A DNA stretch of 64,000 bases, taken from NCBI GenBank assembly GCA_002633185.1, contig NWBM01000002.1:209640-273639 (forward strand), given 5' to 3'. This stretch comes from Lachnospiraceae bacterium Phil5. GTDB lineage: Bacteria > Bacillota > Clostridia > TANB77 > CAG-508. The notes under the pieces are model-generated. The model ran no database searches. It was not told the DNA's origin and was given only the letters and a program-made list of their open reading frames with translations. A program made the position numbers and the translations under genes. The number at the start of each line of letters is the position of its first letter. Within the stretch, counting starts at the first letter, position 1. Shown piece after piece: positions 38,505 to 48,346 of this stretch.

Positions 38505-38858
38505 CTACTTTTTGAGAAATTTTTGGAAAAATTTGCAAATTTTTATTATTATGTTTTTAATAAATGATAGAATTTTTATATTTATAAGCATAAAGTATTT
38601 ACTTATTGTTAGAAAATAAATTGTTGTACCTATCATGAGCATGAGAATCATGTATAAGCGTATTTCACCTGTTGTAAAAACATGTATAATATATAAAACT
38701 AATAGACCGCTTAAAATCCAAAATAATGTGTCTTCAATATACGTAACTATATTTGGAGTATTAAATGATTTCCTTGTTATTCTAAATATATCAAATAGCA
38801 ATCCAACTAATATTCCTGCACAGAAAAAAGCTAATAAAGTAATCCATTCATTAGACAT
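38505..38858 (-). CDS. yabQ: spore cortex biosynthesis protein YabQ
   Basis: Membrane protein with GLLFDIFRITRK and a TGEIRLY motif, downstream of yabP. Confidence 0.75.
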   Translation of the reverse strand: MSNEWITLLAFFCAGILVGLLFDIFRITRKSFNTPNIVTYIEDTLFWILSGLLVLYIIHVFTTGEIRLYMILMLMIGTTIYFLTISKYFMLINIKILSFIKNIIIKICKFFQKFLKK

Positions 38859-38873
38859 TTTATTTCACATCCA

Positions 38874-39218
38874 TTATTTAAATATTTTCCCTAAAAAAGA
38901 GTTGTTCTTTCTTTCTGCTTCTTTTTCACTATATGAAAGATTGTTTATTTCACCTTCAACAATAACTTCTTCACTATCAAGGCTTAATTTATTTATTCTT
39001 AAATTTTCTCCTTTTACTGTTAAAAGTCCTAAACCAGTTTCTAGAATTACTATTTGGTCATCAAAGCTTAATACATCATTAACTCCAGAGATACTTAATT
39101 TTTCTCTATTTTCCAATACCAAATTTTGCATTAAACTTGAATTATTGCTATTTCTTTTATCTTCAATAATCATTACTCTTCTCCCCTTTCGTTGTTTATA
39201 TGTTTTCGGCTTGTTCAA
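38874..39218 (-). CDS. yabP: sporulation protein YabP
   Basis: LENREKLSISGV.DV.SFDD..I.LET..G.L...GE.L.I..L pattern. Confidence 0.8.
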   Translation of the reverse strand: MNKPKTYKQRKGRRVMIIEDKRNSNNSSLMQNLVLENREKLSISGVNDVLSFDDQIVILETGLGLLTVKGENLRINKLSLDSEEVIVEGEINNLSYSEKEAERKNNSFLGKIFK

Positions 39219-39386
39219 TTATATTAATATATATTCAAATTTAATATATTTATTCCTAAAATGTACAAGTTTTATAGAACTTTATGTAATTTATTTCATA
39301 TTATATACAGAAGTACTTTTTCTTTCGCAACTATTTTAGTATGGGAAAAGTATTTTTAATTTCATAAAGAAGAAGGTGCCTTAAAT

Positions 39387-40566
39387 ATGGACACAATTGT
39401 ATTAAAATTTGGAGGTAGTTCTGTAGCTGATAATATAAAATTAAATATTGTAGCTAACAAAATTATTGATTTATATGATCAAAATAATAATGTGGTTGTT
39501 GTGGTTTCAGCCCAACGGTAAAACTACAGATGCTTTATTAAAAGAAGCATATGAACTTGCAGAGGTTCCATCAGATAGAGAGCTTGACGTATTACTTAGT
39601 TCAGGTGAACAAATATCAATATCAAAATTAAGTATTTTACTTAATAAATTAGGTTATAAATCAATATCATTAACTGGATGGCAAGCAGGCATATATACAA
39701 ATAATACTAATCAAAATGCAATTATAGAAAATATTGATACGACTCGTATTTTAAAAGAATTAGAGCAAAGAAAAATTGTTATTGTGGCAGGTTTTCAAGG
39801 TTTTAATGAAAAATTAGATATTACAACTCTTGGTAGAGGTGGTTCAGATACTACTGCTGTTGCATTAGCAGCTGCATTAAATGCAAAACATTGTTATATA
39901 TTCTCAGATGTAGATGGAGTTTATACAACAGATCCTAATAAATTTGCTGAAGCTAAAAAGCTTGAAACTCTTTCTTATGTCGAAATGTTAGATATATCTA
40001 ATGAAGGCGCTAAAGTTCTTCATAATAGATGTATAGAAATTGGTGAAAAATTCAAGATTCCTATTATTACGAAATCAACATTTAATAATAAATCTGGTAG
40101 TGTAATTGATGAAAAAATTGAAGAAGCGGTTGTTAAAAGTATTGTAAAAAACGATGATTTGATTTTGGTTAATTTAAAATACGAAAATTATTCAATAAAA
40201 TTATTTAATCAAGTATATGAGCTTTTAATTAATACTGGCATTATGCCTATACAGTATGTTAATAATAGTGTTTCAGCTTTTGACGTTGATTTTATTATTA
40301 AAGCCAACGTTTTAAATAAACTTCAGGTAGCTTTAGATAAAGAATTGAATATGTTCAATATGTCTTTTAAAAATGTTACAAGAATTGCTGTCATTGGATA
40401 TGGAATTACAAATGATGAAATCGTTTTAAAAAAAGTATTTGATATTGTACAGAAATTTAATATTGATGTTTATAATATTGATATTACAAATGCTAAGATT
40501 ATTTTTACTTTTAAAGAAAAGGTTCAAAATAATTTGTTAGAATTATTGCATAATGAATTGTTTTAG
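39387..40566 (+). pseudogene. aspartate kinase, interrupted by a 1-nt frameshift (or assembly error)
   Basis: MDTIVLKFGGSSV...VVVVVSAQR stops at 39519-39521. The conserved GKTTDALL continues in the +1 frame (ORF 39466-40566), and ACT-like repeats follow at the C-terminus. Confidence 0.8.
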
Positions 40567-40591
40567 GACAGTTAATGAATTTTGAGTAGAG

Positions 40592-40676
40592 TTTTTGGGA
40601 CACCTCCAAAAAATATCTTCAAAAAAGATAAGATATTTTTTGGAGGTGTCCCAAAAAATATCCCAAAAAATATCTT
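40592..40676. repeat. REP-like element, inverted pair plus a partial third copy; bidirectional terminator
   Basis: TTTTTGGGACACCTCCAAAAAATATCTT / AAGATATTTTTTGGAGGTGTCCCAAAAAA between convergent genes. Confidence 0.65.
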
Positions 40677-40684
40677 AATTTTAT

Positions 40685-41326
40685 CTATTTTAGTTTAGTA
40701 TATCCAATTAATCCTAGAATTACTATAAAAGCAACTATTAGTGCTATTTTTCCTACTTTTTTTAGTAGTTTGAATTTTTCATACTTTACATATTTATCTT
40801 CTTCCGCTTCTTTTATTTCGAAGTTATTTAGGAACTCTACTACTTGTTCTTTATTTAAAAATGATGCATCAAAAAATAGTTCTTTTAATCTTTTAAAGTT
40901 GTCTTCATATCTAATTACAATATTATATGTTCTTATAGATAGTAAATAACTTGAGTCGTTAAATCTAGATATATATATACTTTTAATTTTGTCATATTTA
41001 AATAGTCCTTGTTGCATTCCGAACTTTATATATAATCCATCTTTAGTACATTTTAACTTATAGTAATTGAAAAAGAAGAAACTTACTCCCGCAAATAGAA
41101 AGAATCCCATTACTATTAGCGCTATTTTTAAATTGTTTCTAAATGTATATAAGATAATAGCTATTATTATTAAGCTTGCTAAACCAAACCAAAATGCTTT
41201 TTCTTTTAGTAATTTTGAAGGGTTTGATTCTATTTCAACATCCTCTTTTTTTATTCCTGTTATTTCTGAATATCTTCTATGTTTGTTATCATTATAAATA
41301 TCTTTCCATTTAATTGAACTCTTCAT
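40685..41326 (-). CDS. hypothetical membrane protein (213 aa)
   Basis: Two central TM helices and one C-terminal TM helix. The start overlaps the prfB stop. Confidence 0.55.
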   Translation of the reverse strand: MKSSIKWKDIYNDNKHRRYSEITGIKKEDVEIESNPSKLLKEKAFWFGLASLIIIAIILYTFRNNLKIALIVMGFFLFAGVSFFFFNYYKLKCTKDGLYIKFGMQQGLFKYDKIKSIYISRFNDSSYLLSIRTYNIVIRYEDNFKRLKELFFDASFLNKEQVVEFLNNFEIKEAEEDKYVKYEKFKLLKKVGKIALIVAFIVILGLIGYTKLK

Positions 41327-42435
41327 TTGTGGTACCTTCTTTCTTTAAATATTCTTTCATAAAGTCGTTTAAGTCTCCATCCATTACTGCTTGTACATTT
41401 CCAACTTCATAGTTTGTTCTATGGTCTTTTACCATTGTATATGGACAAAATACATATGAACGAATTTGACTTCCCCATGCTATGTCTTTTTGCTCTCCTT
41501 TTAGTTCGTTAATTGTTTCTTTGTGTTCTCTTTCTTTCATGTCTAATAATTTAGATTTAAGCATTCTCATTGCTGTTTCTCTATTTTGAATTTGAGATCT
41601 TTCTGTTTGACATGCTACTACTGTGTTTGTTGGTATGTGTGTTATTCTAACTGCAGAAGATGTTTTGTTTATGTGCTGTCCGCCCGCTCCTGATGCTCTA
41701 TATGTATCTACTCTTAAATCATCTGGATTGATTTCTATTTCTATATCTTCTGTTATTTCTGGTAATACTTCAACAGATGCAAATGATGTATGTCTTCTTC
41801 CTCCCGCGTCAAATGGTGAGATTCTAACTAGTCTATGAACTCCTTTTTCTGCTTTCATGTATCCATATGCATAATCACCTGATATTAAGAATGTAACACT
41901 TTTTAACCCTGCTTCATCACCTTCAAGATAATCTAGCTCTTGCATTTCATATCCATTAGCTGTTGCCCATCTTGTATACATTCTATATAACATTTCTGCC
42001 CAGTCTTGTGATTCTGTTCCTCCTGCTCCTGGGTGGATTGTTACTATTGCATTGTTTATGTCATATTTACCTGATAGAAGTGTTTCTATTTCTAAGTTTT
42101 CTATTTCTTTTTGTATTGATATAGTACCATCTATTATGTCTTTAGCTAGATTCTCATCATTTTCTTGTAATACTAACTCTGTCATTTCTAATAGATTTGA
42201 TATATTTTCTTTTATAGCATGATATTTACTGCATTTATCTTTTATTGTCTTAATTTTCTTTAAGATTATACTCGAATTTTTGGTATCGTTCCAAAATCCT
42301 TCTTGAGTTGTTTTACTTTCTAGTGATTCTAGCTCTTTTTCTTTGCTTTCTATGTCAAAGTGACTCACCTAATTCTTGTATTTTGTCTTTTAAATTATTA
42401 AGCAAACGTGTGTTTTCTTCTAATTCTATAATCAA
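41310..42435 (-). CDS. prfB: peptide chain release factor 2, with programmed +1 frameshift
   Basis: Frame 0 reads MIIELEENTRLLNNLKDKIQELGESL from TTG 42435 and ends at CTT TGA C (TGA 42355-42357), preceded by AGGTGA. The +1 frame continues DIESKE... and contains the GGQ motif (SGAGGQHINK). Confidence 0.93.
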
Positions 42436-42536
42436 CTACTTTCACTTCCTTCTTTGTTTTTAGTAAGTTTTTAATTATTGTTATTTTATCATATTAATTA
42501 TTTTTTGTATATATTTTTTTGCTATTTGATTGTAAT

Positions 42537-42565
42537 TTGACATAATTGCGTTTTCATTATATAAT
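42537..42565 (+). promoter_or_regulatory. consensus sigma-A promoter driving a ~130-nt structured 5' UTR
   Basis: TTGACA, 17 bp, TATAAT. The UTR contains the hairpin GCGTTGCAG-loop-CTGCACGC. Confidence 0.55.
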
Positions 42566-42699
42566 ATCGACATAGGCGTTATGCCGCGTTGCAGTATTTT
42601 CTGCACGCAAAGCGTTTAACATTTCAAAGGAGGGTAATATATGAACCATTAATTTGTAACATCTTTTTACTATCTTTAGTCGGAAGGAGGTTGCATTTT

Positions 42700-42873
42700 A
42701 TGGACGTAGCATTTCTGATAGTTGCATGTATTATTGTTATTATCTGTCTACCATATGCCCTTAAACAGTTCCTGCTGCATCATCCCGTTATAGTTATTAT
42801 CGCAGTACTTATTATTGGATTCAAAGTTGCATGTATGATTTATGCTATAATAGATGAAAAAAAATACAAGTAG
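42700..42873 (+). CDS. 57-aa two-TM membrane protein
   Basis: GGAAGGAGG SD before ATG 42700. A terminator hairpin follows at 42880-42913. Confidence 0.55.
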   Translation: MDVAFLIVACIIVIICLPYALKQFLLHHPVIVIIAVLIIGFKVACMIYAIIDEKKYK

Positions 42874-43020
42874 GAATCAAAAAACTACGAGAATTCTTTT
42901 CTCGTAGTTTTTTATCTATGAATCAATCTATTCAATTGCAACAACAGTGTTGTCGCAAGCTGTATTTCCATGATTACCTTTCTAATATGTACTTATAATT
43001 CAACTGTTTATTTTTAAAAT

Positions 43021-43353
43021 TTACCAAATATAATTCATAAGTAAATAACCAAGTATTACTAATAAAATTAAAGCAGAGATTATTATAGCTTTTACTTTTT
43101 TAGTTAGTTTTTTACTAAAAATTACAAATAATCCTATAATAAATAATAAAACAGGAAGTATTATTTTTCCTAATCTTAATCCCTTCTCTATAGGAGACTC
43201 CTCAATTCCATACATAGGAGCTACCTCAATTCCGTACTCAGTTTGAATACCATGACTGTTTAACTCACTAATTGATGTAGCAAATACTTTAGATGTTATT
43301 CCTGTAAAAAATACTTGAATTGAAATTAATATTTTTTTAATTTTACTTTTCAT
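43021..43353 (-). CDS. 110-aa protein with signal-like N-terminus and C-terminal TM helices
   Basis: Overlaps the 3' end of the rSAM gene by 11 nt, which suggests translational coupling. Confidence 0.55.
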   Translation of the reverse strand: MKSKIKKILISIQVFFTGITSKVFATSISELNSHGIQTEYGIEVAPMYGIEESPIEKGLRLGKIILPVLLFIIGLFVIFSKKLTKKVKAIIISALILLVILGYLLMNYIW

Positions 43354-44443
43354 AAACTTTTCCTCCTAACATCTTATTCACACATAATTTAGGTTTATTA
43401 TTATCAAAATCCCATGTATGCAAAGAATCTCCTAAACAGTATTTCCAATCTTTACATTTTTCACATTCCTGGCATTTAAATTTATTTTCATCCCTAAACC
43501 ATTTAAATTTATTTTCCCAAACATCTACAAAATCATCATATTTAATGTTTCCTTGTATTAACTCTTTCCTTCGTTCAACACTTGGGCAAACATAAATATC
43601 TCCATTATACAAAATACTGCCTGTTGTAAATCCTGCAACACAGAAAAACATATTATCTCTTACTTCTTTTTCAAATTTCATACCTAAAAAATGACCGCAG
43701 CCATACTTTACATCAAATTTTGAAGTTTTTTTCTTATCCTTTATAAAACTCAATAATCTATTAAAATCATCTTTATCCAACAATAAATCTTTATTATCAT
43801 TGGCTCTTCCTATAGGATCTATACTTAATATTCTCCAAGAATTAATATGTAAATCAGTAATAATTTTATGTAAGTCTTCTAATTCATCAATATTAGATTT
43901 ATTGATAACAGTAGTAACTTGTAACCATTGTAAAAAGCCAGCATTTTTTAACTTTTGTATATTCTCGATTATCCTTTCGTAAGAATTAGGAACACCTCTA
44001 AACTCATTGTGGGTATCTTTTAAACCATCTATGCTAATAGAAATTGTATCCATATCTGACAACTTCATTTTCTCTATAATATCTTCATTAATTAGCATTC
44101 CATTAGTTGTCATTCCCCAATGAAAGCCTAATTTTTTAGCATAAGTCATTACATCAAATAAATCTTTTCTAAGTAGCGGCTCTCCTCCTGTTACATTTAT
44201 TAATATTTTCTTTGCATCATATTTATTAGCAATACTATGTAAAGCATTTTTTATTTCTTGAGTAGTTAATTCATCATTAAAATTACATTCTTCTCCTGCC
44301 CTACTACCACAATGTTTGCACTTTGCATTGCATCTTAATGTTGTTTCCCAAAATAAATTATATAATATTGGTTCTTTAGATAATAACTGTTTGTTTTTAT
44401 ATGTAATTTCCGCTTCTCCATATTTCATTATATCTTTTATCAT
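43343..44443 (-). CDS. radical SAM enzyme with SPASM-like C-terminal Cys cluster
   Basis: CNAKCKHC (CxxxCxxC), GGEPLL, and Cys-rich C-terminal segments (CVAG..., VCPS, CQECEKCKDWKYC). Confidence 0.8.
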   Translation of the reverse strand: MIKDIMKYGEAEITYKNKQLLSKEPILYNLFWETTLRCNAKCKHCGSRAGEECNFNDELTTQEIKNALHSIANKYDAKKILINVTGGEPLLRKDLFDVMTYAKKLGFHWGMTTNGMLINEDIIEKMKLSDMDTISISIDGLKDTHNEFRGVPNSYERIIENIQKLKNAGFLQWLQVTTVINKSNIDELEDLHKIITDLHINSWRILSIDPIGRANDNKDLLLDKDDFNRLLSFIKDKKKTSKFDVKYGCGHFLGMKFEKEVRDNMFFCVAGFTTGSILYNGDIYVCPSVERRKELIQGNIKYDDFVDVWENKFKWFRDENKFKCQECEKCKDWKYCLGDSLHTWDFDNNKPKLCVNKMLGGKVYEK

Positions 44444-44506
44444 ATTTTCAAATCCTTTATAATTTTATGATTAAATATTATCACAATTATTATTCTTATT
44501 CAATAC

Positions 44507-45004
44507 CTAAAATGTTCTTGTTCTTATATAATGTCCTTCTTGTACTGCAGCAAATGATGCAATACCACAAATTATAATCTCAAATATCATTGAATTAGTA
44601 TTAACTATTATAAACGGTGCTATAAATAATATGAATCCGGTTATTTTATTTGCAACGGTATGTGGTAATACTAATTTCTTATAATAAATATAAGAGCATA
44701 GTACATTAGTAACTTTTATTAAAGCAATAATAACTATCCATATAATCATTCCTTTAGATAAGTTTAAAGACGGTAATATTTTAATCATTGCCATAATAAC
44801 AAATATCATGTCAGCAGTACTATCTAATATAGCTCCTATTTTACTTGTATTCTTACTTTTTCTTGCAACAAATCCATCTAGCATATCTGATATTCCACAA
44901 TAAATATATATTATATAAAAAGTAGCGGAAAAAGTTTCTGTAATAGCTAACATTATTGATATTATAGCTCTACTGATGGAAATATAATTTGCTATGTTTT
45001 TCAT
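44507..45004 (-). CDS. CDP-alcohol phosphatidyltransferase family protein
   Basis: Full signature D-x2-DG-x2-AR-x8-G-x3-D-x3-D in DMLDGFVARKSKNTSKIGAILDSTAD. Polytopic membrane protein. Confidence 0.8.
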   Translation of the reverse strand: MKNIANYISISRAIISIMLAITETFSATFYIIYIYCGISDMLDGFVARKSKNTSKIGAILDSTADMIFVIMAMIKILPSLNLSKGMIIWIVIIALIKVTNVLCSYIYYKKLVLPHTVANKITGFILFIAPFIIVNTNSMIFEIIICGIASFAAVQEGHYIRTRTF

Positions 45005-45861
45005 TGTTTCTCACTTTCTATTTTTTTGTTATCTTCCAAATATTTATAATTTAAGTTATTCTTTTTACTAATAATTGTTTCTCCTAGCTTTTGTTCCAAA
45101 TCATCACGTGCTGTTTTAGCAACTTCTCCTCCCTCTTTTGCTATTCTTCTATTTTCTTTTAATCCTTGTGGTTTACGTTTTTTTGCAAGTTCTCGAGTTG
45201 CTATTTCTCCTAAATCTGTTAAAGCAACTTCAACATCTGTCATATTATCTCTTAAAGATTCCTTTCTTATGTTTTTATGTGCTTTATATTCTGATGCCTT
45301 CATGCCTGACCATGTTTTATAAATATCATTAGTTAATACAGCATATTCAAAATTATCTTTAATCCCATTTTCTTTCCATATATCTGTTAATTTCTTTCTG
45401 TCTAATATTCCTTTTAATCGTGCTTCAATCCATCTGTCTGCATAACCTTTATTTCGATAATAGTCGATTGCTCTGTTAATAGCAATTTCGGGATTAAATA
45501 CTTCATCTATTCTTTCTTTTCCAAGTGATGCCAACCATAATTTAAATGGTTCTGCTTTTTTGCTTGGAACTGATTCTATTAGTCTTAATATGCCTTCTGT
45601 ATCTAAGGTGTCTGTTGTATATCTTTTTCCATCTTTGGAAGATTTCATTTTCAGTTGTCCTATTTTTTCGGACAACTGACTGCCTTCGTCTTTTAGCTTT
45701 ATTTTTAAATCATTCCAATATTTTCTTGGTCTTGGGCTATCGGTTAAAGCACTAATTACATCTACTATACTAAAATAATACTCTTCCTTTTCAGCATCCC
45801 ATACACTTCTTATTTCTTTTCCTTCAAAAAGATTTAAAATAGTTTCTAACTTATTATTCAT
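45001..45861 (-). CDS. Bro-N domain protein (DinD / phage antirepressor-like)
   Basis: N-terminal FEGKEIRSVWD...YFSIVDVISAL typical of BRO-N. The stop overlaps the next start (ATGA). Confidence 0.65.
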   Translation of the reverse strand: MNNKLETILNLFEGKEIRSVWDAEKEEYYFSIVDVISALTDSPRPRKYWNDLKIKLKDEGSQLSEKIGQLKMKSSKDGKRYTTDTLDTEGILRLIESVPSKKAEPFKLWLASLGKERIDEVFNPEIAINRAIDYYRNKGYADRWIEARLKGILDRKKLTDIWKENGIKDNFEYAVLTNDIYKTWSGMKASEYKAHKNIRKESLRDNMTDVEVALTDLGEIATRELAKKRKPQGLKENRRIAKEGGEVAKTARDDLEQKLGETIISKKNNLNYKYLEDNKKIESEKQ

Positions 45862-46112
45862 AATTGCAGTCCTCCTATTTGTTTATTTAAGTTTCTACTA
45901 CTTTTATTATTACATATTTAGTTACATTTATTGTTTCATCAAACTTGTGTTTGTATTATATCATTTTTTCAACACCAATGCAATACAATATTTGACTAAT
46001 AATTGGAATTCATCTTGCTTAGAATACCAAAATCTTGTAAACATCTTGATAAATTGTAATTTATATATTAAATAAGGAAATGATTCTATATAAAACCATT
46101 TCCTTATAAATA

Positions 46113-46538
46113 TTATTTAATTTCAATATGTTTTGCTTCTGGAAGTTCTTTTCTTTCTTCTTTTTTTGGAATACAAATTTTTAATATACCGTTTTTAAAT
46201 TCTGCATTTACCTCTTCTTCTTTAATTTGCTCTCCTACATAAAAACTTCTTGAGCAATGTCCGTAATATCTTTCCTTATGAACAAATTTGTCCTTTTCTT
46301 CATTGTCATCTTCTTTCTTAACCTCAGCTGTTACTTCCAAATATCCATCTTTCAATGAGAGGTTAATGTTTTCTTTTTCATATCCAGGAAGATCCATTTC
46401 GATAATGTATTTATCTTTTTTCTCTTTTATGTCTGTTTTCATTATTGCACTTTCTCTTCTAATTGGAAAGAAATCATCTCCTTCAAAAAAATCTCTGAAC
46501 AAATCAAATTCGTTCCTTTTTCTTGGTATCATCATCAT
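46113..46538 (-). CDS. Hsp20/alpha-crystallin small heat-shock protein
   Basis: MKTDIKE..D.Y.IE.DLPG..KE.I...L.DG.L.V.A ... F.NGIL.I.IPK. ATG 46538 follows GGAGTGG. Confidence 0.85.
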   Translation of the reverse strand: MMMIPRKRNEFDLFRDFFEGDDFFPIRRESAIMKTDIKEKKDKYIIEMDLPGYEKENINLSLKDGYLEVTAEVKKEDDNEEKDKFVHKERYYGHCSRSFYVGEQIKEEEVNAEFKNGILKICIPKKEERKELPEAKHIEIK

Positions 46539-46642
46539 AAAAACCACTCCTTTTACAAAATAATTTTTTATGTGTTGATACTCTGTTTCAAGGGTATGCA
46601 CATAAATGTAATTCTCATTACATTTATATTGTATCACTATTT

Positions 46643-46669
46643 TTAGCAATGTCAAGTGTAGAGTGCTAA
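46643..46669. promoter_or_regulatory. CIRCE-like operator overlapping the hsp20 promoter
   Basis: TTAGCAATG-N9-GAGTGCTAA versus the consensus TTAGCACTC-N9-GAGTGCTAA. Overlaps the -35 TTGACA (46650-46655). Confidence 0.6.
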
Positions 46670-47281
46670 TTTTTTGTGAATTTTTTGTGAATTTATATTT
46701 TTATTTAAACAAAAAATTACTATTTATCTTTCTTTATTCAGCTTGTTAACAATATTACTTATATTATGAACATTTAACATCCAAATAATTTTTGTTTTTC
46801 TCAAGTTCAATTATACTATAAAAACAAAAGATTATCTAGGTATCCAGATAATCTTTTAAAATCATTTATAAAAAACGTATGTAAAACGTATGTAAGTGTA
46901 CTATATTTCACTTTTTAGATTTACTCAAATCTCTGTAAGCCCTTCATTTTACTGGTTTCTACCACAACACGCCTTATACTTCTTCCCACTGCCACATGTT
47001 CTAGCACCTCGAATATTATTAGTATTTATCTTATTTATAATATTATCTGTATTCGTTGATGTTACTAGACAATGCACATTTGGTATATATCTTATTATTA
47101 GTATTTATTTTACTTATAATATTTCTCTACGGATGTCAAATCGCTATCATTGACATCTTACTAATATATTAAATATATTACTATTTTTTAAACATTTTAT
47201 ATAATTTAATCTTTTTATTTACTTTATAATTATAAACTTTCTTTATTTAAATTTCAACTATTAAATATTTTAAAAAAATAT

Positions 47282-48172
47282 CTAATTTTCATCACTAATA
47301 AGTAATTTATCATCTCTTACCTGTTTTTGCAATGTTTCTAATTCTTTTATATTTCTATTATCTTTTAGTATTTCCATCTGTCTTTTAGCCATTTTATTCA
47401 ATCTTATTAATCTTTGGTTTTGTGGTATTTTTTCTTCAATCAACTCTGCATTTGTATTTTGAAGATTATTAAGAATAACCAAATGAAGTAAATCTGTATA
47501 ATCTCTCATATTTCCTTCTTTAGCTAATTTTGGATTTTTATCTCTCCATTCTTTCGCAGTCATACCAAATAAAGCAACATTTAAAACATCTGCTTCTTCT
47601 GCATAAACATATTTCTTTTGTCCTTCTGTAAGTTCTGGAACAATATTCATTTTTATTGAATCTGTATGTACAATATAATTTAATTTAGATAACAACCTAT
47701 TTGCTTGCCAATCTATTTTTTCCTGATATGCTTCATTGCTTTTTAATCTTTCAAATTCCGTAATTAAATATAATTTAAATTCTGGAGACAGCCAACTTGC
47801 AAATTCAAAAGCAATATCTGGATGAGCATATGTTCCTATGCTATATTTACCACCTTTTGAAATAATTCCTATAGCATTCGTTCTTTTTATCCATTGTGTT
47901 GGAGACATTGCAAATGAATTTCTTCCATATTAGGTTTTAATTTGGTCGAATTCGACCAAATTAAAATTATCGTTATGAATTTGCTCCCACAAGCCTACAT
48001 AATCTATGGTTGTTACTCTTCTAAGCCAGTTCTTTACAGTAAAAGAAGGATCGCTTGAATTTTGATATTTTGCTAAATCAGTAAGAGAAATATAATTTGT
48101 ATTTCCTATTCTCATTACTCCAACTTTGGTTTCTTTAACAATTATCTCTGTTGTTACAATGTTGTTTTTCAT
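47282..48172 (-). pseudogene. KilA-N domain protein interrupted by one in-frame TAA
   Basis: ORFs 47930-48172 and 47282-47908 are in the same frame, separated by TAA (47930-47932). The joined sequence reads ...EFDQIKT*YGRNSFAMSPTQWIKRTNAIGI... Confidence 0.7.
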
Positions 48173-48346
48173 TTACCTTAGCCTCCTTTATAGTTTTGAT
48201 TTTTCATTTATTAAATAGTTCATTTGAACTTGTCAGAAAAACTGACAGGTTCGATTCGTATTTATCCGGCGAACATTTGTATTGTATCATGTTTATATTT
48301 AAAATTCAATAGTTACTCAAAAAAAATTTATTAAAAACTTTAATTA

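Noticed and set aside
38635-39339. The 234-aa plus-strand ORF.
   Set aside because: It is antisense to the well-supported yabQ and yabP genes. It is low-complexity and has no SD.
46896-47153. The 85-aa plus-strand ORF between hsp20 and the KilA-N gene.
   Set aside because: It has no SD and an implausible composition. The opposite strand carries a SEC-C motif fragment ([16 protein letters not shown]), which suggests this is decayed DNA. The fragment itself lacks a credible start and SD, so it is not called as a gene.
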